The translations under genes were made by a program, and so were the position numbers. From Okeania sp. (lineage in GTDB: Bacteria > Cyanobacteriota > Cyanobacteriia > Cyanobacteriales > Microcoleaceae): a DNA stretch of 32,000 bases. Each line of letters begins with the position of its first letter. Within the stretch, counting starts at the first letter, position 1. Location of the stretch: assembly GCF_035285525.1 (NCBI RefSeq), contig NZ_JAYKGW010000176.1:21702-53701 (forward strand), written 5' to 3'. Shown one piece after another: positions 1 through 8,030 of this stretch. The notes under the pieces were generated by a model. The model was not told the DNA's origin. It searched no databases and saw only the letters and a program-made list of their open reading frames with translations.

Positions 1-25
1 AAGTCCTGTAAAATTAAGATCACAA

Positions 26-120
26 TAGACATCTCCAAAAATAAAAAATTAAATCAATTATCGGACAGAAATCATCTATTCTTTTCCCCTACTTCCTACT
101 CCCTCTTTTCTGGAGATGGC
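26..120 (+). mobile_element. MITE-like element, family A, copy 1. Terminal inverted repeats are TAGACATCTCCAAAAA ... TTTTCTGGAGATGNC.
   Basis: About 95 bp bounded by imperfect inverted repeats (tagacatctcc / ggagatggc). The same element recurs at 4483-4583, 15744-15854, 20161-20250 (inverted) and 28973-29050 (inverted, truncated). Its interior carries heptamer-like CCCT-rich repeats. Confidence 0.6.
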
Positions 121-345
121 AATGAGAGAAAACCTTCTTTCTACCTCCTGTATCAGTGCCGTTTCTTCTGACTCCTGACTCTAAAATCTAACTTGTAAAT
201 ATTTAATTCCATTAAGATTTTAACCAGAGGTAATTATCAATTATCCATTAATAAACTTCTTCCCACTTCCGGTATAGTTATATATGAATTATTAAATTAT
301 TCGGTAGATTGCCGTTAAAAGCCCTTAAAGGAAAATATCTATAAA

Positions 346-1845
346 ATGCTCAATGGTCTCATATTAATTCCACTTATAGGTGCAACCATTATTAGTTTTT
401 GGCCAAGCACCCTTTCACCAAAATTAGCCCGTCAATTAGCCCTAATAGTGGCCATAATTACTTTAATATGGTCTGTCGTCCTACTTGTCCAATTTAATCC
501 CCAAGATTCCCATCAACAATTCGTTTTTATACTTCCCTGGATAGACTCTCTGGGTTTAAGCTACTCCCTCGGAATAGACGGTTTATCCTTACCATTAGTA
601 GTATTAAATGCTCTACTAACGGCTATTGCCATTTACGCTACAGATAAATCAATTAACAGACCTCGTTTTTATTACTCCCTCATTCTATTATTATCACTGA
701 GCGTATTTGGAGCCTTTCTGGCTCAAGACCTACTACTATTTTTCATCTTCTACGAACTAGAATTAATTCCCTTATACCTATTAATAGCCATCTGGGGAGG
801 ACCAAGACGAGGTTACGCATCGACAAAATTTCTGATCTATACAGCCATTTCGGGAGTTTTAGTCTTAGCTGGATTTTTGGGAGTAGTCTGGTTCAGCGGT
901 TCGTCCAATTTTGCCTACGACCAAGCAGTTGCTAATACCCTACCTTTAGGAACTCAACTATTATTATTAGGGGCAATAGTCATCGGGTTTGGCATTAAAA
1001 TTCCTTTAGTTCCTTTCCACACATGGTTGCCGGATGCTCACGTTGAAGCTTCTACACCAATTTCTGTACTTTTAGCAGGAGTTCTGTTAAAATTGGGAAC
1101 TTATGGTTTGCTGAGATTTGGATTAAATATGCTTCCGGAAGCTTGGGGTTATATTTCTCCTTGGTTAGCAATATGGGCGGTAGTTAGTGTGCTGTATGCT
1201 TCATTAATTGCTATTGCCCAAAAAGACATGAAAAAAATGGTCGCCTATAGTTCAGTTGGTCACATGGGTTACATTTTATTAGCTAGTGCTGCAGGAACTC
1301 CCCTCAGTATTTTAGGTACAGTATTCCAAATGGTAAGCCACGGTCTCATTTCTGCTTTACTATTTTTATTAGTGGGAGTAGTCTACAAAAAAGCTGGTAC
1401 TAGAGATATAGATGTCTTGCGTGGTTTATTAAATCCAGAACAAGGTTTACCAATGATTGGTAGTTTGATGATTTTGGGAGTAATGGCAAGTGCTGGTATT
1501 CCGGGAATGGCTGGATTTATTTCCGAATTTTTAGTATTTAGAGGCAGTTTCAATGTTTTTACAGTTCCGACGCTTCTTTGTATGATTGGAACAGGATTAA
1601 CATCGGCGTATTTCTTGCTTTTAGCTAACCGAGTATTTTTTGGCAGGTTATCTCCAGTAGTTATTAATTTACCTTCTGTGCAATGGTCTGATAGAATACC
1701 AGCAATTATTTTAGCAGTTTTGATTGTGATTTTAGGACTACAACCTAATTGGGTGGTGCGTTGGACTGAAACTGAAGCTAATAGCATGAGTATTGTCTCG
1801 CAGGTTGTTGAGAGGTCAGCGATCGCCTCAATAATTGATAATTAG
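346..1845 (+). CDS. ndhD4: NAD(P)H-quinone oxidoreductase (NDH-1) subunit 4, D4-type (CO2-uptake NDH-1MS' complex)
   Basis: A 499-aa polytopic membrane ORF with complex-I chain 4/M motifs (FYELELIPLYLLI, WLPDAHVEA, KKMVAYSSVGHMG). The D4 subtype is inferred from the downstream short ChpX/CupB-type gene. Confidence 0.8.
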   Translation: MLNGLILIPLIGATIISFWPSTLSPKLARQLALIVAIITLIWSVVLLVQFNPQDSHQQFVFILPWIDSLGLSYSLGIDGLSLPLVVLNALLTAIAIYATDKSINRPRFYYSLILLLSLSVFGAFLAQDLLLFFIFYELELIPLYLLIAIWGGPRRGYASTKFLIYTAISGVLVLAGFLGVVWFSGSSNFAYDQAVANTLPLGTQLLLLGAIVIGFGIKIPLVPFHTWLPDAHVEASTPISVLLAGVLLKLGTYGLLRFGLNMLPEAWGYISPWLAIWAVVSVLYASLIAIAQKDMKKMVAYSSVGHMGYILLASAAGTPLSILGTVFQMVSHGLISALLFLLVGVVYKKAGTRDIDVLRGLLNPEQGLPMIGSLMILGVMASAGIPGMAGFISEFLVFRGSFNVFTVPTLLCMIGTGLTSAYFLLLANRVFFGRLSPVVINLPSVQWSDRIPAIILAVLIVILGLQPNWVVRWTETEANSMSIVSQVVERSAIASIIDN

Positions 1846-2233
1846 GGTTTTCTGATTAAATCAGGACTTAGGCAAATTAGTAGAGGGCGAATACCATTCG
1901 CCCCTACAGATTATGTATATTTTCTTGTTGCTTAAATCCTAATAAATACCGCGATATTATACAGCAGATTTCATATCAGTGAAGCAAACATAAGACAGCC
2001 TAGAAGGCTGTGTTACAAAAGATGCAGAAATATGGAAAAAATTAGCTAGTTCTTGAATTTGATTTTCTGACAGTTAAGATTTGCCATTCAATACTTCATA
2101 ATAGGATAAATTAATTGCCTAAAAAAGGAACTGAATCTTGAAGAAAAAGTAGAGATTCTTCTTATAAAGCTTTCAGAAATTCGACACCACAAATATTAGG
2201 AATTAGTTCCTATTTTTATTCATAGTTTATAAA

Positions 2234-2338
2234 CTATAGCAATACTAAATAGGTTGCGATAATAAATCAAAAAGTCAATAAAACAACTGATTTATCGGGA
2301 ACCGTAACTTTTACCTATTTCCTGTTCCCTATTCCCTA
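2234..2338 (-). mobile_element. MITE-like element, family B, truncated copy with one terminus only
   Basis: It starts with ctatagcaatactaaataggttgcga, the reverse complement of the cgcaacctatt.agaattgctata terminus seen at 23009, 24560, 29226 and 29350. It then runs through the aaaaagt.aataaaa segment and GGGAA(C/T)AG heptamers. The second terminus is absent. Confidence 0.5.
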
Positions 2339-2358
2339 GCGCGTAGCGCCATAAAAAA

Positions 2359-2639
2359 ATGAGTGTTAATGTGAAATTTCCAGAATAATTGTTGATTGCT
2401 TGTCGTGAAGAAAAAGAAGTTTTTCAGCGACGAGTAATGGTTTTAACTTTGGGTAAACTTTATGAGGAAGGAAAAATTTCATCAGGAGTTGGTTCGGAGA
2501 TTTTGGGATGCGATCGCGCTCGAGTTTTATCGTCTAATTAGCGAACCAGGTTTTGGTGTTATTAACTAGAGCTTCTGCTGAGTTTGAGGAAGAAGCAAAG
2601 ACGAGTCGGGATTTAGGTGAGAAATTGTCTGGTCTATGA
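2359..2639 (+). pseudogene. Decayed UPF0175-family antitoxin remnant
   Basis: Pieces in three reading frames reconstruct an antitoxin-like sequence: MSVNVKFPE*, ..VLTLGKLYEEGKISSGVGSEILGCDRAR.., ..FYRLISEPGFGVIN*, ..ASAEFEEEAKTSRDLGEKLSGL*. Its stop overlaps the next gene's ATG in an ATGA motif at 2636-2639, which is typical of TA pairs. Confidence 0.6.
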
Positions 2640-3108
2640 AAGTTGTTGTTAATGCTATCTAATTGCTTTGGCTATCTTACAACGTTTGGAACTTTTGCCC
2701 CAGTTATTTCAGGAAGTTTTTGTCCCTCCTATTGTTTTTCAAGAAGTGGCCATTCAGGGTGCTAATAGACCAGGTAGGGGGAATATTGCTAGTCAGACAC
2801 AGATGATTATCCAAGCTCCCGAAGCTAATTCAACTATCGAACCTCTGCTTCTAGGATTAGATGCTGGAAAATTTCAGGTCATTTTGTGAGGCCGTGAACT
2901 CGAAGCTGATTGGGTATTAATTGATGAGCGTTTGGGAAGGCGTGTTGCTCTAAATTTAGGTTTGCCAGTGAAGGGAACTTTGGGAGTTTTGCTGGTAGCT
3001 TTTCATGCAGGTATGATTTCTAAGATAGAAGCAAAAGAATCAGTACAGGAATTAGTTAGAAATGGGCTTCGTCTTAGTTCCCAACTAATAGAAATGTTTG
3101 CATCATAG
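2636..3108 (+). pseudogene. Decayed DUF3368 / PIN-like toxin remnant
   Basis: MKVVVNAI* lies in frame 2. The sequence then continues in frame 1 as ..LIALAILQRLELLPQLFQEVFVPPIVFQEV...LLGLDAGKFQVIL. An in-frame TGA at 2887-2889 is followed by GRELEADWVLIDERLGRRVALNLGLPVKGTLGVLLVAFHAGMI... up to the TAG at 3106-3108. That makes one frameshift plus one nonsense codon. Confidence 0.65.
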
Positions 3109-3286
3109 TTGGACAAATTTTAGAAGAGGCGTTCATTAATTGATATATGATTATGTTATAATAAGGCGCTACAAATTTATGATGTAGAAGTTCCTAATAA
3201 TCTCGACTCAGCTATATTTTAATTTTACTAAATATGAGTCTTATTTTATAAACAGATAATAACCAACTAATTTAGGGAAAAACAGT

Positions 3287-4417
3287 ATGACAAACACAAT
3301 TTTAAAATCTCAAAAACATCCACTTTCAGAATATATTAATCGCTTAAAATCTGGTCAAGCTCTATTAAAAGATAGCCCAGAAAATGTCTTAGAAGTTGTG
3401 GGAATTTTGAAAAGTTATGGCATTGTTTTAGATGCTTATTCTAAAAATCTTAATTACATTGCCGAATATCAATTTTTAGAAATGTTTCCCTTCTTTAAAT
3501 ACTTTAATGGGGAAATTTCAGTAGATAAATATTTCAAGTTTATGTGGCATGACAGAATTAATTTTGAATATGCAGAATATTGCATGAAAGGAATGTTATG
3601 GCATGGAGGTGGAGGTCTAGATAAATATTTAGATTCAGACCAATTTAAACAATTAGCAAAAGCAGCAATAGATGCCAAAGCTATAGGGAATTTAGTCTTA
3701 ATGCCACTTAATAAATTATTTCCAGATTTTTTACCAGATTTGGTACGTCAACAAGCTTACTATAGTGGTTTAGGTCAATTTTGGCGGGTAATGAGTGATA
3801 TTTTTATGACCTTATCTGATAAATATGACCAAGGTAGAATGACATCTATTCCTCAAGTAGTAGAGCATATTTTATCAGGGTTAGTTGCAGCAGCAAATTT
3901 ACCAATTACTTTTGCTGTAAATATTAAAGGTAAACATTATGAAATAATTCCTAAATCAGTAGGTTTAACATTTTTAATGGATACAGCAGTTCCTTATGTT
4001 GAAGCAATTTTTTTCCGAGGAACTCCATTTTTAGGAACAGTTTCTTATAATGCTCAAGCTCAACAAATCAACCCCGATCAAAGTCAATTTACTTATGGTG
4101 CTTTATATGCCGATCCTTTACCTATTGGTGGTGCTGGTATTCCACCTACATTATTAATGCAAGATATGCGACATTTTTTACCAGATTATCTTCTAGAAGT
4201 TTATTACAAAACTAACCGAGGTACAGATAATTTACGAGTGAAAATTTGTGAGACTTTTCAAAAGTCAATGTTCTGTGTCACAACCGCAGCAGTTTTGGGT
4301 TTAGCACCTCATCCTTTAGATACAGAAAACCCAGAGGAACAAGCAGCAAATCAAAGTTATTTAGAATATTGGATGGATAGATTTTTAACATCAAGATTAC
4401 AAGTTGTGAATAGTTAG
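3287..4417 (+). CDS. chpX: CO2 hydration protein, ChpX/CupB type
   Basis: A 376-aa ORF with ChpXY-family motifs as I recall them (MWHDRINFEYAEYCMKGMLWHGGGGLD). Its length fits the shorter ChpX/CupB type, and it lies downstream of an ndhD gene. Confidence 0.78.
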   Translation: MTNTILKSQKHPLSEYINRLKSGQALLKDSPENVLEVVGILKSYGIVLDAYSKNLNYIAEYQFLEMFPFFKYFNGEISVDKYFKFMWHDRINFEYAEYCMKGMLWHGGGGLDKYLDSDQFKQLAKAAIDAKAIGNLVLMPLNKLFPDFLPDLVRQQAYYSGLGQFWRVMSDIFMTLSDKYDQGRMTSIPQVVEHILSGLVAAANLPITFAVNIKGKHYEIIPKSVGLTFLMDTAVPYVEAIFFRGTPFLGTVSYNAQAQQINPDQSQFTYGALYADPLPIGGAGIPPTLLMQDMRHFLPDYLLEVYYKTNRGTDNLRVKICETFQKSMFCVTTAAVLGLAPHPLDTENPEEQAANQSYLEYWMDRFLTSRLQVVNS

Positions 4418-4437
4418 TTATTAGAACTTACGCAAAT

Positions 4438-4466
4438 AAACCCGGTTTATAGGAGAAACCGGGTTT
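4438..4466 (+). terminator. Stem-loop downstream of chpX, a possible intrinsic terminator
   Basis: AAACCCGGTTT-ataggag-AAACCGGGTTT forms an 11-bp perfect stem followed by a T-rich tail, ctagttt. The same CCGGTTT motif recurs in other intergenic repeats, so it may equally be a repeat-family hairpin. Confidence 0.4.
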
Positions 4467-4482
4467 CTAGTTTCCCCTAGCG

Positions 4483-4583
4483 AAGTCCTGTTATTAGACA
4501 TCTCCAAAAATTAAAAAGATCATCAATTATTATCTGGAAATAATTAATTACTCCCCCTGTTTCCTCTTTTATGGAGATGTCTA
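4483..4583 (+). mobile_element. MITE-like element, family A, copy 2
   Basis: aagtcctgt..tagacatctccaaaaa ... ttttatggagatgtcta. It is collinear with copy 1. Confidence 0.6.
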
Positions 4584-4678
4584 TTTGATAATTTCTAACA
4601 ATTATAACTACTTTAGCAATCCTATTTCAAAGGAAGAAGAAAGAAGAAGGAAAAAACCTTTAATAACAAGGAATAAAT

Positions 4679-4765
4679 AATAGAGATAACTATCTAAAAT
4701 TAATGAGAGCAGCTATCTTTTAAAAATTTATGATCGACATCTACCTTTTGTAGCATTCTTTTTTC
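4679..4765 (+). repeat. Dispersed repeat, family E, copy 1
   Basis: atagagataactatctaaaattaatgagagcagctatctttta...catctac is matched by atagagatcattatctaaaattaattggagtagctattttta...catctaac at 24964-25050. Confidence 0.5.
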
Positions 4766-4938
4766 AAAATGGTATTATGGAGAAACCGAGTTTATGAACT
4801 ATTTTTTTTGGTTTTAACCAAAATATCACGGCAATAAACCCGGTTTCAGTCAAATTAACCATTATCAAAATTCTCACAAATAATTTAGAATTGCTATTCT
4901 ATATTTGTCTACCATTCTATTCATAAATAATCAGAAGA

Positions 4939-5970
4939 ATGAATAAGTTAGTCCATTACTTTGAAAGAAATGCTAAATTCATAATAGTCCTGATATTATT
5001 TCTCTTTTCAGTTGCTTTAATATTCCTTCCTAAACCACCTAAAAATCTAAATGACTGGATATTAATTTTGAATAATATTGGATTTAACCTCTTAGGTGCT
5101 GTAATCGCCTTTTTGGTTTTTCAAGTAATTGTTGAAGGAATAAATAAATTAGGTGAACAACGTGGGGTTAAAATTGATGCTCTAAACAAAGATGATTTTA
5201 TTAAAAAAGTAATCAAGTCTAAGAATACGGTGAGAATTATGGAAACCTGGACTGATTTACTTAGTTCTAATCAATTTTTAACGACTTTTAGTGATGCTAT
5301 AGAAGCATCAGTCAGGAACAATAATACTATATTTGAAATTTTATTACTAAATCCAGAAGATACTTATTTAGTGAAAAGACGTCAAGAAGATTTATCCAAT
5401 AATGAAGATGTTGAAATAAACATTTATCGAAGCATAAGTACAATTCAAAAAATACTCCAAAACTTGGGGAATATGGGTAAAAATTTTCAAGTCAAACTGT
5501 ACAGTAGAAATCCATCTCTAGCTATTTACATGAATGACGACGATCTCTTTTTAACTTTTTTTAGAGCTAATCTTAACACTTCTCAGGGAGAGCAGTTAAA
5601 GCTTCCTAGAAACTCAACTATTGGAACGTTTATTATTGAGGAGATGTTTTATGAAATATGGGAAGATACAAAGAATACGAAAGACCTTAACAATATAGTT
5701 TTTTACTGTATTAATATTAACAATAAACTCTATGATGTAAAATATATTTTTCAAGAAAATGTTTTCTATATTCAGAGTTCAGATTTAACAACTGATAGTA
5801 TCAACAACAATATTTTCCAGGACACTATTATTGAGGTAGATGATCAACAATACAAATTAACACCAGAAGCAAAAAGGAAAGAAGATTTACCTCTTAGGGT
5901 TCAAGAACTTTTTGATAATAAATATCCGACAACAGAAGATATTTTCTTTGAATTAATTAAGTTGAGATAG
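4939..5970 (+). CDS. Hypothetical membrane protein: N-terminal 2-TM hairpin plus a roughly 280-aa soluble region with no recognised family
   Basis: A 343-aa ORF with two hydrophobic helices (FIIVLILFLFSVALIFL and IGFNLLGAVIAFLVFQVIV). GC was about 28% in a 100-nt hand count, against about 39% in ndhD. The soluble part alternates beta-alpha segments (VRIMETWTDLL, FEILLLNPEDT, FQVKLYSRNPSLAIYMNDDDLFLTFF). This faintly resembles non-catalytic PLD-like or DUF5919-type domains, with low confidence. Confidence 0.6.
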   Translation: MNKLVHYFERNAKFIIVLILFLFSVALIFLPKPPKNLNDWILILNNIGFNLLGAVIAFLVFQVIVEGINKLGEQRGVKIDALNKDDFIKKVIKSKNTVRIMETWTDLLSSNQFLTTFSDAIEASVRNNNTIFEILLLNPEDTYLVKRRQEDLSNNEDVEINIYRSISTIQKILQNLGNMGKNFQVKLYSRNPSLAIYMNDDDLFLTFFRANLNTSQGEQLKLPRNSTIGTFIIEEMFYEIWEDTKNTKDLNNIVFYCININNKLYDVKYIFQENVFYIQSSDLTTDSINNNIFQDTIIEVDDQQYKLTPEAKRKEDLPLRVQELFDNKYPTTEDIFFELIKLR

Positions 5971-5977
5971 ATGAACT

Positions 5978-7285
5978 TCAGCTATCAAGTTCAATTTTTG
6001 AAATATTAATCATCCTTCTAAAATTATCATAGGATTTACCTGAATTAATCAGATAATTTACCTTAGATATACATTCTTGAATCTGTTCTATCAAGTCTTT
6101 TTCTTTTAGTAAAAAAGCATTATTTGCTACAAGTATAGATGCTGCATTGGCAAGAATAAAATCTCTTTTACCTTGGATTTCATAAGTATTTTCATTGGTT
6201 AAAATTCTATAAAATAAATCCCTTTCAGTTTCAATTTCTTTCTGTTCCTCTATTTGGTTTATTGGTACTCTTTTAAGCGAGATATCTTCAGGAGAAAATT
6301 CCAGTATTTTGATGCTATCTAAATCAATTTTAATCAATAGGTTATTTGGTCTTTCTTCTTGAACATCTCGATAAGCATTTGATATCTCATCTATTCCTTC
6401 GTATGAGTGAACAATTATGCCTGTACTTCCTAGTTCTAAATATATGCCAATCACATAAGGCAGCATCCCTATATGAGATATACCAGTTGTATGGTTAACT
6501 GGATTTAATAACTGTGCATTTGGAGCTATAATTTTAAATATATCTATTGAAATAGGCAAATCTAAATTTCTCACAGTTGAATGCCAATTATTTTGCTGAT
6601 TCTGATAATTATATTCTAAAGTTTTTAAGTTTTCTTCCCATAATTCTATTCTGGCTTGCTTAAGATTATTGGAGTAAGGAAAACCAAGCTCGCTTAAAGT
6701 AATATATGCAAAATTATACTTTTCTAAACTTTCATTTATAGCCTTGATATCTATCCCTTTTTCATTATACCCAAATGCTTTAATTGCTTGATAGCTTCCA
6801 TGCAAAGAAGTAACATTACCTGTACCAGTTTTACAAATTCTGATTAAAGGTGAAACTATAATTGAAGCCATAGTTGTTGCATGAATTGTTTTGATTAAAT
6901 CTCCTCCACTTCCAAAAGCATGATCGTGTAGTAACAACTTGAGATTATTATTGTTTTTATGAATATGACTTAAGGTCTTATTTCTAACATAATTAGTCAA
7001 AAAGTTTACTTGTCTGAAGCCAACCTTACCATTGCCTGGTGCTATTTCCAAAAGAGTATTTTTTATGCTTTCTACTTCTTCATTTGGATTGATACATTTC
7101 TCAAAATAATTAATCAGCTTTTTGTCACTTATCGGACTAATTATTGCTTCATTTTCTAAGAATTTCCTAAAAACATCTGCTATTGAACCAAGTTTATTTA
7201 TGACTTCATTATTTTTAAGGTTTAATTGCTGAGAATAAAGTAAACGAAAATCTTCTTTTTTTATTGTAATAGTCCGAGGTGTCAT
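5978..7285 (-). CDS. Highly divergent TrpD-fold protein (glycosyltransferase family 3: anthranilate phosphoribosyltransferase / nucleoside phosphorylase superfamily)
   Basis: A 435-aa ORF. By eye, FGSGGDLIKTIHATTMASIIV..ICKTGTGNVTSLHGSYQAIKAFGY aligns with the TrpD pattern GTGGDG.NTFNISTAAA.V..VAKHGNR.VSSKSGSADVLEALG. IFKIIAPNAQLLNPV aligns with TIFNLLGPLTNP, and IIVHSYEGIDEIS aligns with VVHG.DGLDE.S. The C-terminal RDFILANAASILV...INSGKS aligns with RD.VLLNAA.AL...IDSGKA. GC was about 24% in a 100-nt hand count. Confidence 0.65.
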   Translation of the reverse strand: MTPRTITIKKEDFRLLYSQQLNLKNNEVINKLGSIADVFRKFLENEAIISPISDKKLINYFEKCINPNEEVESIKNTLLEIAPGNGKVGFRQVNFLTNYVRNKTLSHIHKNNNNLKLLLHDHAFGSGGDLIKTIHATTMASIIVSPLIRICKTGTGNVTSLHGSYQAIKAFGYNEKGIDIKAINESLEKYNFAYITLSELGFPYSNNLKQARIELWEENLKTLEYNYQNQQNNWHSTVRNLDLPISIDIFKIIAPNAQLLNPVNHTTGISHIGMLPYVIGIYLELGSTGIIVHSYEGIDEISNAYRDVQEERPNNLLIKIDLDSIKILEFSPEDISLKRVPINQIEEQKEIETERDLFYRILTNENTYEIQGKRDFILANAASILVANNAFLLKEKDLIEQIQECISKVNYLINSGKSYDNFRRMINISKIELDS

Positions 7286-7651
7286 ATCAACAAATTAAGT
7301 TTAAAGTATTTGATGAAATCTTTATTAAGAGCCACTACAGTGGGAGCATCTTCCTCCAGCACTAGATATTTCTTGTTTCCTGTATACCATTAAGTATGAA
7401 AGTATAATTAACAGAACTTGCCCAAAATATTAAATCACCAAAAAATTAGGGTATGTGCTTCCCCTTTTAAGGAGATGAAAAAAATATTTAACTTCAGCAT
7501 TTTCAACCTCCGAGTTTAGTCGGAGGTTCCCTCTCTACTGATAACTGATAACTGAAATAACACACTACTTGTAAAAGTTAACAGTCGTTAACCCCTGCTA
7601 GATATGCTTGTTTTAGGTCAGTCCTGGTTAATTTTATATACAGCTATTTCA

Positions 7652-7755
7652 GACTAATGATGTACAAGTTTAAAAAGTGAAATTATTGTAGCATAGGCAT
7701 CTTGCCTGTTAGCTGTGTACCTAATAGCAACGGGAAATACTCTAATTATTTAGGG
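7652..7755 (+). repeat. Dispersed repeat, family D, copy 1
   Basis: gactaatgatgtacaagtttaaaaagtgaaattattgtagca...agctgtgtacc...caacggg is matched at 12057-12160. A related core, ggcatcttgcc..gtgtacct, occurs at about 18975-19010. Confidence 0.5.
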
Positions 7756-8030
7756 ACGGACAAAAAATTATTTAAATATATCTGGAATAACTAACCACCA
7801 TTTAGAAAAATATGTGATAATATGTGCCTCTAGTTATACTCATCATTATAAAAGTGGCCATTAGGATGTATAAATATAATGGTTATAGGTTAGTAATATT
7901 CTATTCACCAATAACCACACAGGGTACATAGATATATCTGTCTTAATTTAGAGGATTCAATTAAAGTGTTAGGGTTGATATGAAAAATATATATTCAGAA
8001 AATCGTTTGTTCTTTCTCAAAGGTACCCAA

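Noticed and set aside
1383-1787. 134-aa ORF antisense to ndhD4
   Set aside because: It lies entirely inside a well-supported membrane-protein CDS on the other strand and has no recognisable motifs. It is a typical shadow ORF.
4939-7285. Absence of HIP1 (GCGATCGC) as proof of foreign origin of the low-GC islets
   Set aside because: I located 14 HIP1 sites in the window, but there are also none across 2518-10046 or 14896-21828. Those spans include clearly native genes (chpX, most of amiC, znuC and znuA). HIP1 absence alone is therefore not discriminating, and only the GC drop is used as evidence.
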